Translations under genes and position numbers: made by a program
The notes under the pieces: generated by a model
Told to the model about the DNA's origin: nothing
The model's input: only the letters and a program-made list of their open reading frames with translations
The model's database searches: none
Shown: positions 38,501-49,800 of the stretch, one piece after another
Numbering within the stretch: the stretch's first letter is position 1
How the letters are laid out: every line of letters starts with the position of its first letter
Assembly (NCBI RefSeq): GCF_964355755.1
Contig: NC_092672.1
Span: forward strand, 13,144,001 to 13,208,000
Origin: Antedon mediterranea
Lineage: Eukaryota > Animalia > Echinodermata
Direction of reading: 5' to 3'
DNA length: 64,000 nucleotides

Positions 38501-40842
38501 ATTAAATCGAATTTATGATTTTCCCCGAATAGAGGTGGTTTTCACAAATTGTTTTACATTATATAAACATATACACGTCGTAGTGATGTATCGTTACATG
38601 TACTGTACTATTTCAATCGACTTGGACGGTGATAGTTTCAACAAAGTATTACATTGCAATGTTTTACTGTGTTTAGTGGTATATTATTTGTAAAACATGA
38701 AAACAGTTAATATTTTGTTACTAAATAGATAAAGAATATATTTAAAAATTGTTCCTCTTTGCACCCATCCTCTTCCCCCATCCCTCAACCCTAATGTTAC
38801 ATACAAAACACAAATTAAGTTTGTTTAAATTTGACTTAAACAATTGGTCTCATTTTGTGACAAGTTTCTCTTTCGGAAGTAATTCCCAGGGTGCTAATTT
38901 TAGTTGAGTACATAAATCACAGTGTCTATTTATTCGTTCCTGTAAACGACATGTATTTGTCCTGCGGTACGTACATTTGAAATCGCAGTTTTTTAACGCT
39001 GAAATTATTATGTATTCGAGAACCATATGTGGGCACGACCTAGATGGTACGCGAGCGAAGCGAGCGTACCATCTAGTACTGCAAATTAATAAAGATCAAA
39101 TTAAATATACGCCATATAGTATTATAAAATTACATAGGGAGATTTGATGATAAGACATTTTTCGAATGAAATCGCGATAGCTGAGTTTTATTGAGTAAGC
39201 TTGCAGGAATAACTGTAGGCTATCTTCCTGTGTCCTGTTAGGACCGAGATGTCTGCCCATGTTGCAAGCCGTACCATAATGTCTTCTTTCTTGGGCCCAC
39301 TCTGTCACGGCAGTTAGTTTCAAAAGATGATTAAATTAAATAATGTATTAATAATTATTAGGATGGTATTCATTTGAATAAACGCCTCTCCAATAAAACA
39401 TCACTTTGAATAATAAACCCCCCCCCCCCCCCCAACCCAACTATCTAATAAACGTCCATCCACATATTTATAACAACACAATTATACGGTACTATTTTTA
39501 GTAGAATTCACCGCACTGTTATCTACTATTTACCAAGCATTTGTTATTCTTTTTTAGCACTTTTCATATCTATTAGAGGATTTCATTTGATTATAAATGT
39601 TACCATATTATTAAAACTACAAAATTTAACATATATCCCTCGAATAAGCACCTCCCTCAAATGACCTCCGCCTCCCCAAAGGGCCCTACCAAACAATAAA
39701 AACTGTACTTTAAAATGTTATTAATCATCTAAAACACTGTGAAACAAAATAGTTTAGTTTTACGAATGTCAAGCATTTTCAATATGGTAACTGACAGAAA
39801 ACGTAGAACATTATCATTCCGAAAACCATCGTCTACACTTCCTAGAGGGGGAGCGAGTGAAGCGAGCTCACCCTCTAGTAACTGTAATTTTAGTACAATT
39901 TAATACAAAATCAAATATAGACTAGAATATAATAGAGCACTGGAAGGTAAGATTTACTAAGATGAATTATCAATTACAGAACCTCTTGATTCGCCAAAGA
40001 TAGAAACATTGTCAACCATCAAGAAAACTATTGTAGTAAAATGGAAGGTGGGAATTTTCAATCATTTTTTTAATTACCTTATTGTTGTTGTAACTTAATA
40101 ATACATCCATTTTTGGAGCTAATGTATTAGCCAATGCCAGTCACAAGTATATAGCCAGTATCGAATTTTGATCGATCAACTTTTAAATGTTAATAATAAT
40201 GTAAACGACATTTTACTGTAGTTAAGTTTACTTTTTTCGAAGGCTGTAGATTTCAATCCTACACGGCTGCAGTGTGACAGTTTAATACATTATGACGTTG
40301 GTTACCAAACTGGGATTAACGACGCTTGGGAAACATTTCAAGTTAATTATGATCAGACCGAAGCAACTATTAACTTTTTAGATTATGACATGGTATATCA
40401 AGTTAGAGTTAGGGCAGTGAATACAGCAGGAATTACAGGACCATGGAGTGAAATATGGACAATTAAAATTCCAGAAAATAAAACAGGTCAGGTTTCGTTC
40501 TTTATAATTGACAATAACTCAGCATTAGTGCGCTCACCGGTAAAAAATTAAAATGCCAGGACATTTCAAACAATAGTAAAGGATATTTTGAAATAGTTGT
40601 GTTTGTTACTCTTGTTTCGATACTTTTTTCCATCTTCTAACTCTCATCTACTAGGCCTAAGTAAACGGATTGCTTATACATTGAATTGCACTCATCTACA
40701 AACGAATTATTTATACATTTGCTTTCATCTACTAAATTATTTAATTGTTTATACATTTTCTTAATTAGGATCAAAGATAGCTATATATGTGCTCTCATCA
40801 GTTGTCGCATTGTTAGTTATTTCTACCGTTGTGGTTCTTTGA
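23525..40842 (+). CDS. Tie-like Ig/EGF/FN3 receptor, copy 2; predicted tail-less form (TGA immediately after TM), ~1155 aa
   Basis: Exons: 23525-23591 (signal peptide MLNAKEYLSLAILTFGASMTSA), 24773-25141, 25655-25909, 26446-26577, 27099-27233, 27861-27992, 28097-28261, 28426-28746, 28861-29265, 29701-29946, 30036-30170, 34164-34310, 35146-35271, 35517-35666, 36041-36337, 39980-40047, 40243-40486, 40769-40843. The TM exon reads gtt ctt TGA g|gt (TGA 40840-40842), where copy 1 reads gtt ctt aac aaa ttg ag|gt. Confidence 0.82.
23965..24269. mobile_element. Kolobok-like MITE in intron 1 (copy 2)
   Basis: TTAA|AGATGTATTGTG ... GGACAATACATCT|TTAA; an inverted relative of 5333-5700. Confidence 0.75.
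26976..27043 (-). mobile_element. 68-bp 3' end of an L2-type LINE/SINE with a (TTA)n tail
   Basis: (AAT)n + ATTTTTATAGCGCAC...CTCAAGGCGC flanked by a TGTA duplication. Absent at the same site in copies 1 and 3. Confidence 0.65.
27262..27426. repeat. ~165-bp dispersed structured repeat
   Basis: TCGTGAGGTAATTTCCCGA...GACTATACTTCGGCTTT. The same element with the same ends is at 30225-30389 (a different intron) and 47501-47667. Confidence 0.8.
30225..30389. repeat. ~165-bp dispersed structured repeat (second insertion site)
   Basis: High identity to 27262-27426. Confidence 0.8.
30398..31590 (-). mobile_element. PIF/Harbinger transposon remnant with HARBI1-like DDE transposase pseudogene
   Basis: Minus-strand exon 31446-31139 reads FFNYFRMT...FRESISAEERLSICLR. 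After a GT-AG intron, exon 30770-~30398 reads YLATGDSY...WNFPNCIGAIDGKHV...YNYKSTHSVVLLALVDA...DVGNYGSNSDGG with an internal TGA. Terminus AGGGGCATTCACAC next to TAA. The 3' half is missing. Confidence 0.9.
31632..33940. mobile_element. P-superfamily-like non-autonomous DNA transposon (copy 2 intron 11)
   Basis: Perfect ~30-bp TIR CATGGAGTAAAGAATAAGAGGAGGCACAAC and a 7-bp TSD TTTCAAA on both sides. No recognisable transposase. Confidence 0.8.
36735..39878 (+). mobile_element. Non-autonomous Helitron (copy 2 intron 15)
   Basis: a|TCTATATATA ... CTAGAGGGGGAGCGAGTGAAGCGAGCTCACCCTCTAG|t, with no TSD. Empty site ggagtatatc-t-taactgtaa in copies 1 (~17610) and 3 (~57930). Confidence 0.85.
37257..39076 (+). 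mobile_element. Second Helitron nested inside 36735-39878
   Basis: a|TCTATATATAAATT ... CTAGATGGTACGCGAGCGAAGCGAGCGTACCATCTAG|t. Confidence 0.7.
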
Positions 40843-41005
40843 GGTATGTGTCGAATGACCCTGGCTAGACCTATATTGTAATTAATTGTATTCATTTGAA
40901 TAATCAACTGAAACTTACAACCTTTCATCTCTCATCAGTAACGCCATAACATTATTTAAACCTTTATCATTGAGTAATAACTATGCTTACTAATTCCTAT
41001 TTCAG

Positions 41006-41363
41006 ACGAATGAAACACCAGGTTAACGGATATAAAAAGGATTATGGGAACGTTCAGATTAACACAATATCAAAGCCGTCACAAAATTACCAAGACGACA
41101 GTTACACTTCACTGCAAAAAGAAGCGCGTTGTTTGGCAGAATCTCCGAACAATACCTACGAACAAGAAACCCCAAAAGACGAGATATTTTATTTGAACGT
41201 TACCAATTTATCTCAAAATAAACAAACAGAAGACGCCATAGCCGATACTGATACAACGTATGATGAAATCTGTGTTGGCGGCATAGAGAAGGAAAGAGGA
41301 ACTGATGCACGAAAAAAACCTCTGGTGCCTAAGAAACCAACAATTACGAATGACAAAGAATAA
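41006..41363 (+). other. Cytoplasmic-tail exon of copy 2; intact sequence but downstream of the premature stop, so predicted 3' UTR
   Basis: Near-identical to 18768-19125 and 59095-59452, with the acceptor tttcag conserved. It is untranslated if the TGA at 40840 is real. Confidence 0.75.
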
Positions 41364-43814
41364 CACAATCTGTAGGCGTATAACACATGAAAAATCTTTG
41401 AATGCATTCTGCTTATGCAGTAAATATGTCATAAATATGGCTACATAGTTTTCTATAAAATATATAATTTCTTGAATCGCAGTGACCAAGTTACGATTAA
41501 CGCGTTTTTATTAAATATTAAAATGACTTGAGTGGTTTTATCTGTTTTTTTTTTAAATTTATAATAATAGGTAAACCAAAATATATGCTAATTCTGCCAA
41601 GTGAAATACTGTTTATGAATGATTTCTTTTCTTTTTTGTGGGGATTTCACATTTCCTTTTTATCATTATTATATTGAAAACAATTGTTATAATGGCAAAC
41701 ATGAAAAACAATGCACATCCAAAATTAACTTAAATATGTATTGTCCCTAGAAACACAAACAATGAAGGTCAAAATATTCTAAATTTAAATTGGCCATATC
41801 AAAGTAATATTAAAGTTATTCACTTTAAGTCGAAAATTCGAGCCAAAAACAACAAGTTTACGTAATTAACAGGTAGATTAATTTGATTACATTTCGTCTG
41901 GAAAATCGTCGCGAGCGAAAGTAAACAAAGATTTCAAACCATGAGTATGCACGATGCTAATTAGGGTTGTTTACAACTCGTCACGGTTGATGAGAAGGTG
42001 TTTTCGATTGCGCGGAAATTCTATGATTATGCATAGAGAGTAGCCGTTGCATTATGAGATATATTTTGATCGAAACCTTTGACTGGAAGTCAAAGTTATT
42101 TTTTGAAAAAAAACGTCTGTATTTCAGTTAAATTATTTTTTTTTCGACAAATTTTTTTGGTGAAAGTTAATAACTATTATGATACTTCAAAATGACCCAC
42201 TTTTTTCGAAATCTTTTATTTTTATTTTTAATGGATGAGCTAATGCAATGTTTTATTACGTATTACAAGTATTTGTAAACACGAACTTTGTTTTAATGCA
42301 TATCCAAATGCAGGATTAGGTTTCTATCTCAACTTTCCTACATATATAAATATTATAATTATGTAGTATCGTATGGTATTACATCATTGTTTTCTTTTAC
42401 ATATTATAGTAATGTCTCTTCATCTCTTAATAGCCTTTTGAATAAATATGTTATATTACTGTAAAGGTTACTCTTTGGTTAGGTGTCATTTATAGAACGA
42501 CGTAATATAGTACAATATAAATACGTAGCAAGATTGTTAGGCTAATTGTATGTATTTGTAACAGGCCACGGTTGAAACTAACTACTAACTAACTAACTAA
42601 CTAACTACTGCCACAACAGAACAAAATATTTTGCTAACTTGAAAATCGGGTCGTCATTTCCATTTTCTTGTACATAATGTAGTTGCTTTTAGTATTGTTG
42701 ATACATTGTTGTAGGCCTAAAATTCGAAAGGGGGACTTTAAAACAATCAAACGTTACTGCTGTGACGCAATTTATTACGTTACACGACTGTCCTTCTGCT
42801 TTGAGCCATTTTTTACTTTTATATTATAACACCTAAATCTATCCCTGTCATTTGGGTCACATGGTGTGAATAGTACGCAAATAAAATTCTCATACGGAAA
42901 AATATTACTCTGATTCTGAACATGAAATATAACAGCGCCGACAAATGTTAAATTTATAACAATATTAAACACTTACTGAGTGCTGGCGGAATGTTTTGAT
43001 AGAATACACGTACTAATTTAGACTAAAAACCATTTAAATTAGCTTTAGATCGTTTATATGATTTTGATTTTTGATTAATTAATGGAAACTCTTAAGACAT
43101 GGAATCGTTGGAAAAACAGAGTTAGCCTAGATCAGTTTTAGTTACCTGGCTAAGTTTCGTAATGGTATCACCAGGGGCGCAGCCAGTGGGTAGTCACGGA
43201 AAGACCTCGATATAAAATTATAATAAATATTTTAGATGTATATTTGGGATATAAGCGGATACATACCCGTATCTAAATATTATCTAAAGCAGTATATTGT
43301 CAAATCAACAGTGCCTGTTTGTAAAACCTGTGCTACACTGTTCCTCTCTTTTGTTATTGCTCTGTATAGCCTAATAAAATGTATGCAATCAGTTATTATT
43401 CAGTTTGTTTGTTATTATTCTTATGTGATCCTGTTCCTGTGAGTGTGTTTGTATTGGTTTATTATCTTAAACCAGCTTCTAAGTTGTATATTGACTTGTT
43501 CTCATTCTTGAAAAGCATTTTGTAAAATCCGGATAAACATAAACATTTTTGTAGATTATATTCTACTACTATTTCGTTAAGATGAACTATTATTTGTTTT
43601 GCTATATCTTCCGTAAAATTTACCATTGGAGCGTAATTTTGTTGATATGAACTCCTTTTGTATTTTCCTATTGTCTGATTTACTCCCTGGAGTGAGGGTG
43701 ACTATGTAAAAAAAGTTACAAAGCCACACGGAAATGAACGTATAATAATGAATTCAATTTCAAAGATAAACTAGTTACACTTAGTTAATCGTCACATACT
43801 TACTGCTTACTACC

Positions 43815-46800
43815 ATGTTGAACGCTAAAGAGTATCTAAGTCTGGCAATTCTGACATTTGGTGCGTCAATGATGTCTGCAGGTTAGTAACCATCTTTTTG
43901 CAAAACGTTATATATTTTTTTATTTTGAAAAATATTTGTGTCCTATTTAAATTGCATATCGTTTATTTTAGTTTGCCACAAATCAATAAGTTTTACTTAG
44001 TCTCAAGAGTAGTAGGTTACACTATTATTATAATTATTGTTGGAGAGACACACCTTACCGGTGACAGCGTTTGTTTAATGCTTTTGTCTTTCCTCGGCCT
44101 CGTGTCTTGTTTTTCATATATATATATATATATTTTTATGTTTTTTTTGTAATTATTATTTATGAATAAAATAAATAAATAATAAATAAATAAAATGGGC
44201 ACTGTGATACATCTACATTGAAAATCAAATCATATTGGAAATTAATTAATTACCTTAAAGATGTATTGTGTCTCTGAAAAATAAACCATTTTTTAATCCA
44301 CTCTGACAAAAAAAATGGATCGAAACAAATTGTATTTACATGAAAAAAATGTAATTGAATAATAATTTAAAGCAAAAAATGGTAAAATTGGCTGCCAGCC
44401 AATGGGGTTTTGGTTGAGTTTAACCATTTATTTTGTAATTTTATAAGTTTTATATCGTTTTTAATCCCCATAAGCAATTAACTTTATTAAAACTACAAAA
44501 TAATGTATTCAAAGTCTGATTTAAACAATCTTCATCTTTCATGTTTTGGAGGACAATACATCTTTAATCAATTTAAACAGAAGCTAGTATCCTACTCCGC
44601 CTTCTCATTAGATGTACGTACTAATATTTCGTACACCAATAAATTTGCTGTAATGTTTATAAACTTTAGTATTTTTTAACATTATTTGTATATTTCTTGC
44701 ATAATTTTACCTGTAATTGTGTTCTTTAATTCCATGGAAGACTAAAATAATATACAATTGTATGTATTAACAATGCCGTTTCACGGTTTATGTTTTTTTT
44801 ATATTTGTATTGACTTGGTTTAATTTGATCCAATTGCCTTTAAAATAAAATTGTACACAGTAATAGAGATCTGTTATTCCTGGAGTACGGTGATTACTTA
44901 AGCACAATGGCAGTATACAAATAAAAAAAGTGTTTTTGAAGAGTTGACGTGATGTTATTGTTTTTTTTTTTGTGATGGGAAGTTTTACTAAAATTTGTAC
45001 CATATTTTGTTTTTAGCCAATACCACAATTGTATCTATACGTAAATAAGATACAATATTATATATTACAGATGTTTTGGATTTCACAATAGTGGTTAATA
45101 GTGCCGTGGTTGATGCAAACGATGAGGTTAATTTTGGTGGATACCTACATAAATCAGAAGAATCAACATCAATATTTCTAGGTCAAAATATCCTTACAGA
45201 AACTGATTCTAATGAAAATGAAGTGGAATGGACGGATGGTGATAACCCGCCGATAGTCTTAGATAATTCATTCTTTCCAACTGGAACAAGTTTAGGCACA
45301 GAAACGACTTCAGAATACCAGGCTTTGATAATGACAATGCCCAACAGTAGTGGTATTGCAAAAGTAGGATCGTTTTACGGAAAAGCAATGGCTCAAAACA
45401 AAGAAGAATTTATACCTTTTGTTATTCTAAATTCAAATGGTAGTTTTCTATTTTTGTTTTTGGTTTCATTTTCTATAGACTGATCGTCTGAAATGGTATG
45501 GGGAAAGGAAAAGTCATCGGCATCAATAACAATACAATTATAAACACGTCTATATTTCATATGCCTTATAGTATAAGATCATTTTAAAGACCAAAATAAT
45601 ATTCAGTCTTGTGTAAAGTCTATACTTCCATGCTTAAACATTGACCCGACACGATTGACATGATCTTTTTTTTTTCTTTACGCCTTCCGTCGGACAATAT
45701 TAACGATGGCGACAGGTACATGAACTCATTTAGACATAAACTGCATACATCTCACGCCGCGTGTATTGTTTTTCGTTCTTAATCTCTATTTTCCATTCTT
45801 ATTACTTGTAATGTCTTTCTTCTATTTATTTTGTTGTTACATTATTGTTGTTATGGTATGCGTAATGTAACTGTAACAAAAATGAAACTAAAACATTAAC
45901 AACTTAATATAATTAATATAATAATGAATTTTATTCAACACTGTTTTCCGCATAGCAACTGTTGTTCCTAAGTATCGATCTTTAACTGCAAGCATCGGTG
46001 ATGATTTGACAGGCTTAATAATGGTAACCAGCTATGGGACAGGTAGTTACAGGTGGCGACATAATGGCAGAAATGTTATAACCTCATACAATGGTAAAAG
46101 TAGCCTTGAATTGACCAACGTTCGTATGGCAGATGCGGGTGTATATGAGTGTTACTTACATGAAACAGGAAGAGACGGAAGGCATGCCATTATTCAAATA
46201 AATGTTAAAGGTATGCATGATCTTATAAACTTTAAAAGCAAATGATTGTTTAGAGTGTAGCATTGTAGTGTTCAACTATACTAACTTGTTGAAGGTTTGG
46301 TTTAATAAAAAGTTTGAATCTAACAATGTAATGCAACTTATGAATAAGCGACTAATAATTATGGTGTTAATATGTTATGTACGAAAATTACGCAATATCT
46401 GGAATATACAATATGAAAATAACTATAATTAAAACGGAATATGACAATTTTTAAAATAGCTGAAAACACATGAGGCCTGATACTGATTTTTGTAAAAATC
46501 AACAATTAAGTATTCTGCATGTCAAAAGCGACTTTAAAGAGAAGGGAATCAAAGGGGAACAAAGGAAATGATAAAATTGCATGTAGAAGAATATGTTGGC
46601 TGATTTGAGCGTTTGGCCAATAGAAGAACTTTGAAGCCATGTGATAACTTGTGTAATCAATAAACGATAGACGTTTGATTATAATCTGATAAAGCCTGAA
46701 TTGTGTAAAAGAAAGACTGAACCATAGTTATTATAAGGATTATCTTATATCAAATTTTTCGAATAGGATGTTCGAAAAGGAAGTGGGGAACAGATTGTGA

Positions 46801-49800
46801 TTTAAATTGTCCTGTATGTTACAACGGTGGAATATGCGATCACATTACCGGCTTGTGTATCTGCGCGGCTGGGTTCGAAGGTGTTGATTGTTCAAAAGGT
46901 AAGGTTTACATGCAATTTGTTTTACATTTTTATGTAAAGTACATAAATGATTTTGTCCAAATAACGTCACTGATTGCTGTCTATCTATTGTACAGTTGAC
47001 ATGGTACCGTTTTGGACCCCATAAACAGTAACTACATGTGTTGTGTGGTATGTGTAGGCCTACTGTGTAGGCTTTATGCCTACTAGCAGTGGTACTTGTA
47101 TGGAAGCTAAATATTATGGTTATCATTCCTTTGATATTTGCCATATGAGAACCATTATCATTTTAATATTTAATCATTTTGCTTTGTATTTATATACCAT
47201 CTATTTACTTTCAACAAATCGGCTTAGAACAGTTATCAAGGAATAAATGAACAGTGATAAACACCGTTTTTAGAAGTTTGGATGTATTTCTGTATAAGTC
47301 GCATGTTTTATTACTCAACCGAGGCTTTGTATTTCAGGTTGTGAATCGTCGAACTGGGGAAGAGAGTGTTCTATAAATTCTGTAACAGGACACATTGGAA
47401 AGACGTTTTGCCCTCCACGTCCACTCAGTTGCTCTTGTTATGCTGGGTACACTGGACATGGATGTGATCAAGGTAGTGAAACGTATTAGATATCGTTATG
47501 TCGTGAGGTAATTTCCCGATTGATCGTAATCAAAACGGTACACTGGGTTTGGTCTACTAGCGTTCCTGCTCCCAACCAGTACATCCATTCATAGAAGCCT
47601 TAATGAAGTAAGCCTACCTGGTGGTGGCCATAGAACGGTCCCGAGATAACGACTATACTTCGGCTTTAGTCGATAGAAGATTGAATAAATTGTTAGAGAT
47701 AGAGTATACGATGTTATGATTATGTGTAGATATGTGATTTGTTCTTTTTATTCAAATGATGTTATGTATTTAATAAATTTGTTATAACAATTAATTAAAT
47801 TATCATAGATTTCATATTATTATTATTATTAATAAATTTTTGATATATTATTATTATTATAATATTAATAAAAAGATATTTGTTAAGTTTAAATTTTAAA
47901 ATATAGATATAAGGAAGAAAAACAAAGAGATTATGGAGCGGCTGTACCAGAATATACAACACTAAGTATTGTAAAGTTAATATATTAAAAATTTAGGCGA
48001 TCTTGTCAAAGGTCAAGCGCCTTAAGCCTGCCGCGTTTCGATATTCAATATTGAACTTGAATAGGTTTGTATCTCAAAAATGTATAATTCAAACTACTGT
48101 AGTAAATAAACCAAAGCGTATAAACTGACACTCTTGTCTTAAGTTGAAATAAATAATAAATATAAATAACTTTTTAATTATGCATAGAATGTATACTGGG
48201 AATGTATGGTCCGGACTGCGCATGTGTTTGTCATTGTCCGACGAATGTGTGCGATAGGCATAAAGGATGTGCTGAAGATTCTGAGTGTTATCCGGGATAT
48301 GCAGGAAAGACATGTCTAGGTGAGTGTAACATCAGTCAACGATCGTTACTTTTTTATCTATACAAATGCATTTATGATTGTTAATATCAAACAATTAAAC
48401 TTGTTTAATATTTTACAAATCAGAACACCTCTCCTGTCCACCTGGTATGTTCGGTGAATTTTGTCAATATACTTGTCATTGTGAGAGTAAGAAAACAGAC
48501 ACAATAGGAGGCTGTGACAAACATACTGGAGAATGTTTAAATGACGTCAGCTGTGCTAGTGGATGGGCTGGGTCTGATTGTCAAATAGGTGAATTAGTTT
48601 ATATTCAATAAATCGTATAAGATTTTTTTATTTGTAGTTCGATCATCAATTAAAACAAATAAGCAATGCTCATATGCATACATTTTAATATATTATTTAC
48701 TCACTAAATATTAATAGTATAAATAAATTTGATCCGAATTTCATTTTTTTTCTTACACGATTTTATCGTTGAACAGTCGTCGTTATGTAACACAATATTC
48801 TTTAAAACATTCAGACTTTATCATTATCAGCTTTGCCAATTCTCAAACGTAACCCAACTACAAGTGTTACCGAAAACAGTATAACTATAAGCTGGGAACC
48901 ATGGACGAGTAGTATTGACTACGGAACCGGACCCGTCACAAAATACCAAGTAATCTATCGGACACCACCGAACTCTGGATTTCCTTTTATATTATGGCGG
49001 GAAGTAAATGTGGACGATTTAATGCGAGTGGACATTGATGATTTAGAACCAAGAACTAACTATGAAATAAGAATTATTTTACATAGGCAGATTGATGGAG
49101 AGAATTATACATCAATTGGTTCAAGTAAAATAGTTGTTACCTCAGGAGAAGGTAAGAAAGATATACTAACTCATTTGCAAGATATATTTTATTACCGTTT
49201 TTATACAAGTGATATTATAGTCAAGTCAAGTCAAGTATAATCTTTATTCGTTCCCACAAGGAGAAAATTACATTGCTCGTCTTCAAATACATCATAATTA
49301 CAATATATAAAATAACATGACAATACAACAATACCAATATTAAAAACTCACAACAAGAACATATTATTACATATTATTTCATGGTGCTCATCTGGATGAA
49401 TGTCGCTGATGTCTCCTGATACCTGTGGGCAGAAAGGAGAAAAGATATCGGTTTGTCTCCGCAGCCGCGGATCGCAATCTTCCACTGCGAGCACTCCTGA
49501 GACAGCCTAAATCGGAATTCACAGGATGACTTTCATCCCTCAACACCATCCCAAAAAGCCTGTCCAGGTTCTCGCAATAAACTTAATCCACCGACTGCTG
49601 ACACAAACCAGACATCCTCTCAACCCTTCTTACCACACGATCAATTCTACCCTTATCTCCCTCTGTAACATTTCCACCCCACCCTGCAATACAATATTTC
49701 CAAACCCCAACAATAATAGACTGATAGAATGTAATCAAAATATTATTATTTACACTGAACTTGTTTTATTACTACGGAGAGTAACATATTTTGGTTATTT

